The notes under the pieces are model-generated. The model worked only from the letters and a program-made list of their open reading frames with translations, ran no database searches and was not told where the DNA came from. DNA of 64,000 nucleotides from contig JAQTQO010000001.1 of the NCBI GenBank assembly GCA_028712155.1, positions 1,501 through 65,500 of the forward strand, read 5' to 3'. Source of the DNA: Patescibacteria group bacterium (GTDB lineage Bacteria > Patescibacteriota > Patescibacteriia > Buchananbacterales > GWA2-38-13). Below are positions 60,392 through 64,000 of the stretch, in pieces; the first letter of the stretch is position 1, and every line of letters begins with the position of its first letter. The position numbers were made by a program, and so were the translations under genes.

Positions 60392-61295
60392 ACCCGGCAT
60401 GTCCGCGCAAAAAATCGCCGACCGGCAGCGATGTTTTCCCTTCCACCTGAACTGCGCGCAGAGTTATGGCGTGTTGCCCGCATGCCACCGCGACCGCATC
60501 ACCGACGCGCAGAATGGTTCCCGGCGTCGTCGTCGTGATGTGGGGAATTATTTTTATCCCTTCGATTATCAGCCGTTTCCCTTGCCACGTCGTAAAAACA
60601 CCCGGCCACGGAAAATACGCGCGCGACAGCCGCTCAATCGTATCGGCGCTTTTCTGCCAGTCGATCCGGCCGTCGTCGCGACGCACCGTTCGGGTAATGG
60701 TTGCCGCCCGTTCGTCCTGGGGAGCCGGGGATAAGCGTCCGGCAGCGTATTCCGGCAAAAGATTCAGTAACGTTTTTGTTCCGATATCGGCCAGCCGCGA
60801 AAGCAGCTGCGGGGCGGTTTCGCCCGGTTCGATTTCCGTTTCGGCTTGGCCGACGATGGGACCGTGGTCAAGCTGCGCGTCAAGGCGAATAATCGTTACC
60901 CCGGTTCGCTTTTGACCGTCGAGAATCGCCTGGGTCACCGGCGAAGGTCCGCGGTACCGCGGCAAAAGCGACGGGTGAAGATTGAGAATACCTTTGGGAA
61001 ACACCCCGAGAAGCTCGGCGGGGATCATTTTACCGTACGCAAAAAGTATTCCCAGGGTCGGACGCATCGCGGTCAGAGCGGGAATAATTTCCCGCAGCCG
61101 GTCGGGCTGCAGCAGGGGATAGGCCAGACGTTCGGCACACCGCTTCACGGGCGAAGGTGAGATCTGCCGGTTGCGTCCGGCCGGCCGATCCGGCTGGGTA
61201 ACGACGGCAACCACGTCAACCTGCTGCGTGACGGCCTCCAGGGTCGGTACGGCAAAATCCGGCGTGCCAAAATACACAACGCGTTCGCTGGCCAT
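60369..61295 (-). CDS. fmt: Methionyl-tRNA formyltransferase
   Basis: MASERVVYFGTPDFAVPTLEAV… …ILNLHPSLLPRYRGPSP…. Confidence 0.9.
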   Translation of the reverse strand: MASERVVYFGTPDFAVPTLEAVTQQVDVVAVVTQPDRPAGRNRQISPSPVKRCAERLAYPLLQPDRLREIIPALTAMRPTLGILFAYGKMIPAELLGVFPKGILNLHPSLLPRYRGPSPVTQAILDGQKRTGVTIIRLDAQLDHGPIVGQAETEIEPGETAPQLLSRLADIGTKTLLNLLPEYAAGRLSPAPQDERAATITRTVRRDDGRIDWQKSADTIERLSRAYFPWPGVFTTWQGKRLIIEGIKIIPHITTTTPGTILRVGDAVAVACGQHAITLRAVQVEGKTSLPVGDFLRGHAGFIGSVLV

Positions 61296-61308
61296 AGTGC
61301 AACCGGTC

Positions 61309-61839
61309 TCAATGTTTGGACGTCGTCGTTTTACCAGTGCGATGCGGTAAAAATTTTTCCCACATACCCTTCAGTAAGACTGATCCGCCGGTAAATTTTT
61401 TGACCCGATCGATAAATAAAATCCCGTCCAGGTGATCGATCTCGTGCTGAATCACGCGGGCAAACAGCCCGTCTGCCCGAAATGTTACGGTTTCCCCCGC
61501 GGCCGTTTGCGCCTGCACGCCAATGCTTTTGGCGCGGGACACCAGCCCAAAGACCCTGGGTACGCTCAGGCAACCTTCTTCACCGGTTTCCTGTTCCGCC
61601 GAGCGCTCGGAGATATTCGGATTCACCAACGCGAGCATACCGTCACGGGTGTTCACCAGCACCACCCGCTGCGCACTGCCCACCTGCGGGGCCGCCAAAC
61701 CGAGCCCCTTTGCCCGGCGGAGCGTCTGCTCCATGTCCGCGATCAACGCCGATAATTCCGGCACGTCAAAATCAACGACCGGTCCAACGACCTGCCGCAG
61801 CTGCGGGTTTGGGTAGGTAACCAAGGGTAAATCGGCCAT
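61309..61839 (-). CDS. def: Peptide deformylase
   Basis: The three PDF motifs GLAAPQVG, EGCLS and HEIDHL are present. The start is placed at the internal ATG 61839 (MADLPLVTYPNPQLRQ…). Confidence 0.85.
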   Translation of the reverse strand: MADLPLVTYPNPQLRQVVGPVVDFDVPELSALIADMEQTLRRAKGLGLAAPQVGSAQRVVLVNTRDGMLALVNPNISERSAEQETGEEGCLSVPRVFGLVSRAKSIGVQAQTAAGETVTFRADGLFARVIQHEIDHLDGILFIDRVKKFTGGSVLLKGMWEKFLPHRTGKTTTSKH

Positions 61840-61931
61840 ACCGGAATGCGAAAACGTGACTTTACGATACCACACAAGCGGTAATCCGCAAACCGTGCCG
61901 ATGGCCGCCTTAACCTTTGGCCAACTGCCGC

Positions 61932-62081
61932 TCACCGGATGATTTTGTTTTCCAATCGTCGAATTTTCTGCTCGATCCGATCATACACTTCCCAATCCTG
62001 TTGCTGGTAGGCCTGCAATTGAAGCGTGACGTATAATTTCAGACGTTCCACGGTTGTTTTAATTGACTCTCGGTGTTCCAT
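61932..62081 (-). CDS. Candidate 49-aa small protein (MEHRESIKTTVERLKLYVTLQLQAYQQQDWEVYDRIEQKIRRLENKIIR), upstream of def-fmt
   Basis: Found by manual translation of the minus strand; it is below the ORF-track size cutoff. The sequence has amphipathic, coiled-coil-like composition, sits in an AT-rich island, and is preceded by a promoter and a terminator-like hairpin. Confidence 0.3.
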   Translation of the reverse strand: MEHRESIKTTVERLKLYVTLQLQAYQQQDWEVYDRIEQKIRRLENKIIR

Positions 62082-62262
62082 AGGAAATCGAAAAAATTGA
62101 CCTGAGCTCAGGACAACGTCGGGAGCAAGCGGCCGGCTATATTTTGTTGAACCTTCCGCTCCTACCGGCTCCCGCCGGTTCGCGACCTGGCTGATCGGTT
62201 GACGGAGCCGTGCATGCCGCGGTTATTGAACCGCAATATGTTCTGTCGCGAAATGATACTCC

Positions 62263-62291
62263 AGTATAGTGGTTGATTTTTTGCCTGTCAA
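62263..62291 (-). promoter_or_regulatory. Near-consensus sigma70 promoter on the minus strand (drives leader, small ORF and probably def-fmt)
   Basis: On the minus strand, TTGACA (plus 62286-62291), a 17-nt spacer, then TATACT (plus 62263-62268). Confidence 0.55.
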
Positions 62292-62398
62292 TGGTAGGAG
62301 ATGATTTTTTGTGTGGATAAAGTGACCTTTTTGATGATGACGTATGATTGCTGCGAAATTTTTTCCACAATTTGTTTGTGGGAAAAGAATATTTCTTC

Positions 62399-64000
62399 CT
62401 AGGCGGTATCAGGATCTACGTCAACCACCCACGGCGTTGGAAGCGCATTGAGCATTGCCGCCAAGGACGAGTAGCCCGTAGTCAGGGAAACCGGAACACG
62501 CCGCCGAGGCGTTTCCACCGGTATTTTGATGATAATTTCCTGGACCTGACGCCGTGCGCGTACAATACCCGATGATTTTTGCGGTCCAAATACCTGCACA
62601 GTTGGCAGCGAGACACCAAGCTCGCGCCGCAGACGCTCAGCCACCGTCTCGCTCTGAGCAACGGCCATCGCTTGCGACGCGTGCGCGTAGGTCAGCCGGA
62701 TTAGCCTGCCAAATGGCGGGTAACTCAGCGCCTGCCGCCCGGCAAGCTCGGCGTCGTACCAAGACGCAATTTGCCCGTGTTGGACTACCTGGTACAGCGG
62801 ATGGCGTGCAAGATGCGTCTGGATGATCAAACGTTCCGATGCCATTGCGCGCAAACCAAGGAGTAACTGGAGGGTGCGTTCGCTCGCACGAAAGTCAGCT
62901 TGTTGCATGCCGGCATCCGGGGCCAGCACTGCCACCATTGGCACCCGAGTGATCTCAGGAAGTGACCGGACCATCGCCGTACCCACCAGCACGGTGACCT
63001 CATTGCGCGCCAACTCACCCAGCAACGCCGTCCGTTCCTGTTGGCTGCAATCGGCATCCAACCGCCGGACCGTGCCGTCACGAACAAACGACTGCGCATA
63101 ACCGGCAACGCGCCGGCTGCCAAAACCAACGGCACGAAATTCCGGACCGCCGCACGTCGGGCATTTCGCCGGTAGCGATCCAGTGAGACCACAGCGATAG
63201 CAATGCAGATTCTCACCGCTGGACTCCAGCGCCCGTCCAATCCCGCCGTCCGGCTGCCGGATGGTCACGTACCGAAAAGGCGTTGCGCACTGCGGACAAC
63301 GCGGCACGTATCCGCAATCACGACAGCGCACAAAAGTCGCCGTTCCTTTTCGGTTGACCAGCAGCAGTGCCTGCAGGCCCGAATGGGACGGAACGCGGGA
63401 CAGAATTTCCTGCAGCCGCCGGCTCAACGGGTTGAAATTCCGCATCGCGTACTCAGCCTTAAGATCAACCAGTTCAACCAAGGGCGGTTTTGAGGGCGCG
63501 ATGGTATGCATATCAAAGAGCTTGGCCGTGGAATTTGCGTAGGAGGTCACGGTCGGGGCGAATGTTTGCAGCAGGACACCGCATCCCTGCAGTTCAGCCA
63601 GTTTCAGGGCGACTTCCCGGGCATGATAGCGCGGATTTTGATCCCATTGTTTATAGCTTCCATCATCCTCGGCCAACATCAAAATCAGCGTAAGATTTTT
63701 GAGTGGCGCGAACACCGCGCGTCGCGTTCCGATCACCACCATGGGATCGCCGCGCGCCGCCGTCCGCCAAAATTGCCACGTTGCATGCAGGACATTGAAA
63801 TCCGGAAAAATCATTGCCGCCGGACCGAAGAAGCGCGCGAGGAAACCGTGCAGCGCGTCCGCCCGGGTAACTTCCGGTACAAGAATGAGCATCTGGCGCT
63901 GCTGCGCCAAGACCTCTTTGACCAGATGAGCGATGCATTCCGGACGTAGATTTCCCTGCAGCAGAATGGAAGCCCCCGGCCGCAACGTCTTTTCCACGAA
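62399..64000 (-). CDS. priA: Primosomal protein N' (PriA helicase), N-terminus outside the window
   Basis: Helicase core after Walker A (…LILVPEV…), a Cys-rich zinc-binding region (CRDCGYVPRCPQCATPF…CYRCG…CPTCGG), and a C-terminal domain. The ORF runs to the window edge. Confidence 0.8.
   Translation of the reverse strand, partial: FVEKTLRPGASILLQGNLRPECIAHLVKEVLAQQRQMLILVPEVTRADALHGFLARFFGPAAMIFPDFNVLHATWQFWRTAARGDPMVVIGTRRAVFAPLKNLTLILMLAEDDGSYKQWDQNPRYHAREVALKLAELQGCGVLLQTFAPTVTSYANSTAKLFDMHTIAPSKPPLVELVDLKAEYAMRNFNPLSRRLQEILSRVPSHSGLQALLLVNRKGTATFVRCRDCGYVPRCPQCATPFRYVTIRQPDGGIGRALESSGENLHCYRCGLTGSLPAKCPTCGGPEFRAVGFGSRRVAGYAQSFVRDGTVRRLDADCSQQERTALLGELARNEVTVLVGTAMVRSLPEITRVPMVAVLAPDAGMQQADFRASERTLQLLLGLRAMASERLIIQTHLARHPLYQVVQHGQIASWYDAELAGRQALSYPPFGRLIRLTYAHASQAMAVAQSETVAERLRRELGVSLPTVQVFGPQKSSGIVRARRQVQEIIIKIPVETPRRRVPVSLTTGYSSLAAMLNALPTPWVVDVDPDTA

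Noticed and set aside
49912-62400. SRP RNA, tmRNA, RNase P RNA or 6S RNA in the larger intergenic gaps (49912-50244, 57772-58015, 61932-62398)
   Set aside because: I looked for hallmark motifs (GGAAGGAAGCAGC for SRP, tRNA-like end plus tag ORF for tmRNA, the GGAAAGTCCGG P4 region for RNase P) and found none. The structured regions are reported as candidate leaders only.

Overview
This 64 kb window is a high-GC (about 60%), gene-dense bacterial chromosomal segment whose content is mostly housekeeping and cell-envelope genes, with no CRISPR array, integrase, transposase or prophage block recognised. The gene content is consistent with a reduced-genome, Gram-positive-type or Patescibacteria-like lineage, but this is an inference. 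The window holds a ribosomal-protein/rpoA cluster (infA-rpmJ-rpsM-rpsK-rpsD-rpoA-rplQ-rplM-rpsI) and replication/translation/secretion genes (dnaB, ybaB, recR, priA fragment, tgt, mnmA, a short alaS, fmt, def, rplU, secD, secF, yidC, ftsE, ftsX, an FtsB-like protein, clpB). Two separate polysaccharide-biosynthesis loci are present (622-6243 and 54462-60391), along with a WecA/MraY-type transferase and large DUF4012-like and DUF11-repeat surface proteins. Four tRNAs are called (Gln-UUG, Gly-CCC, Thr-CGU, Lys-UUU) plus a truncated tRNA-Gly copy. Several near-consensus sigma70 promoters, hairpin-plus-T-tract terminators and a perfect CIRCE operator upstream of clpB are also present. The most interesting features are listed below.
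- A three-gene operon at 38251-42727 (sigma70-region-4 protein, a bitopic membrane protein, and a VirD4/TraD-like coupling-type ATPase with a C-terminal zinc ribbon) sits between housekeeping genes with no other conjugation or secretion components.
- A membrane-anchored double AAA+ Clp-like ATPase with an N-terminal DnaJ-type zinc finger is at 13044-15824.
- SecD carries an embedded parvulin PPIase domain (35402-37096).
- A truncated tRNA-Gly copy flanked by an inverted copy of the tRNA 3' end lies at 22689-22860.
- An AT-rich island upstream of def-fmt (61932-62291) holds a promoter, a candidate structured RNA and a 49-aa ORF.
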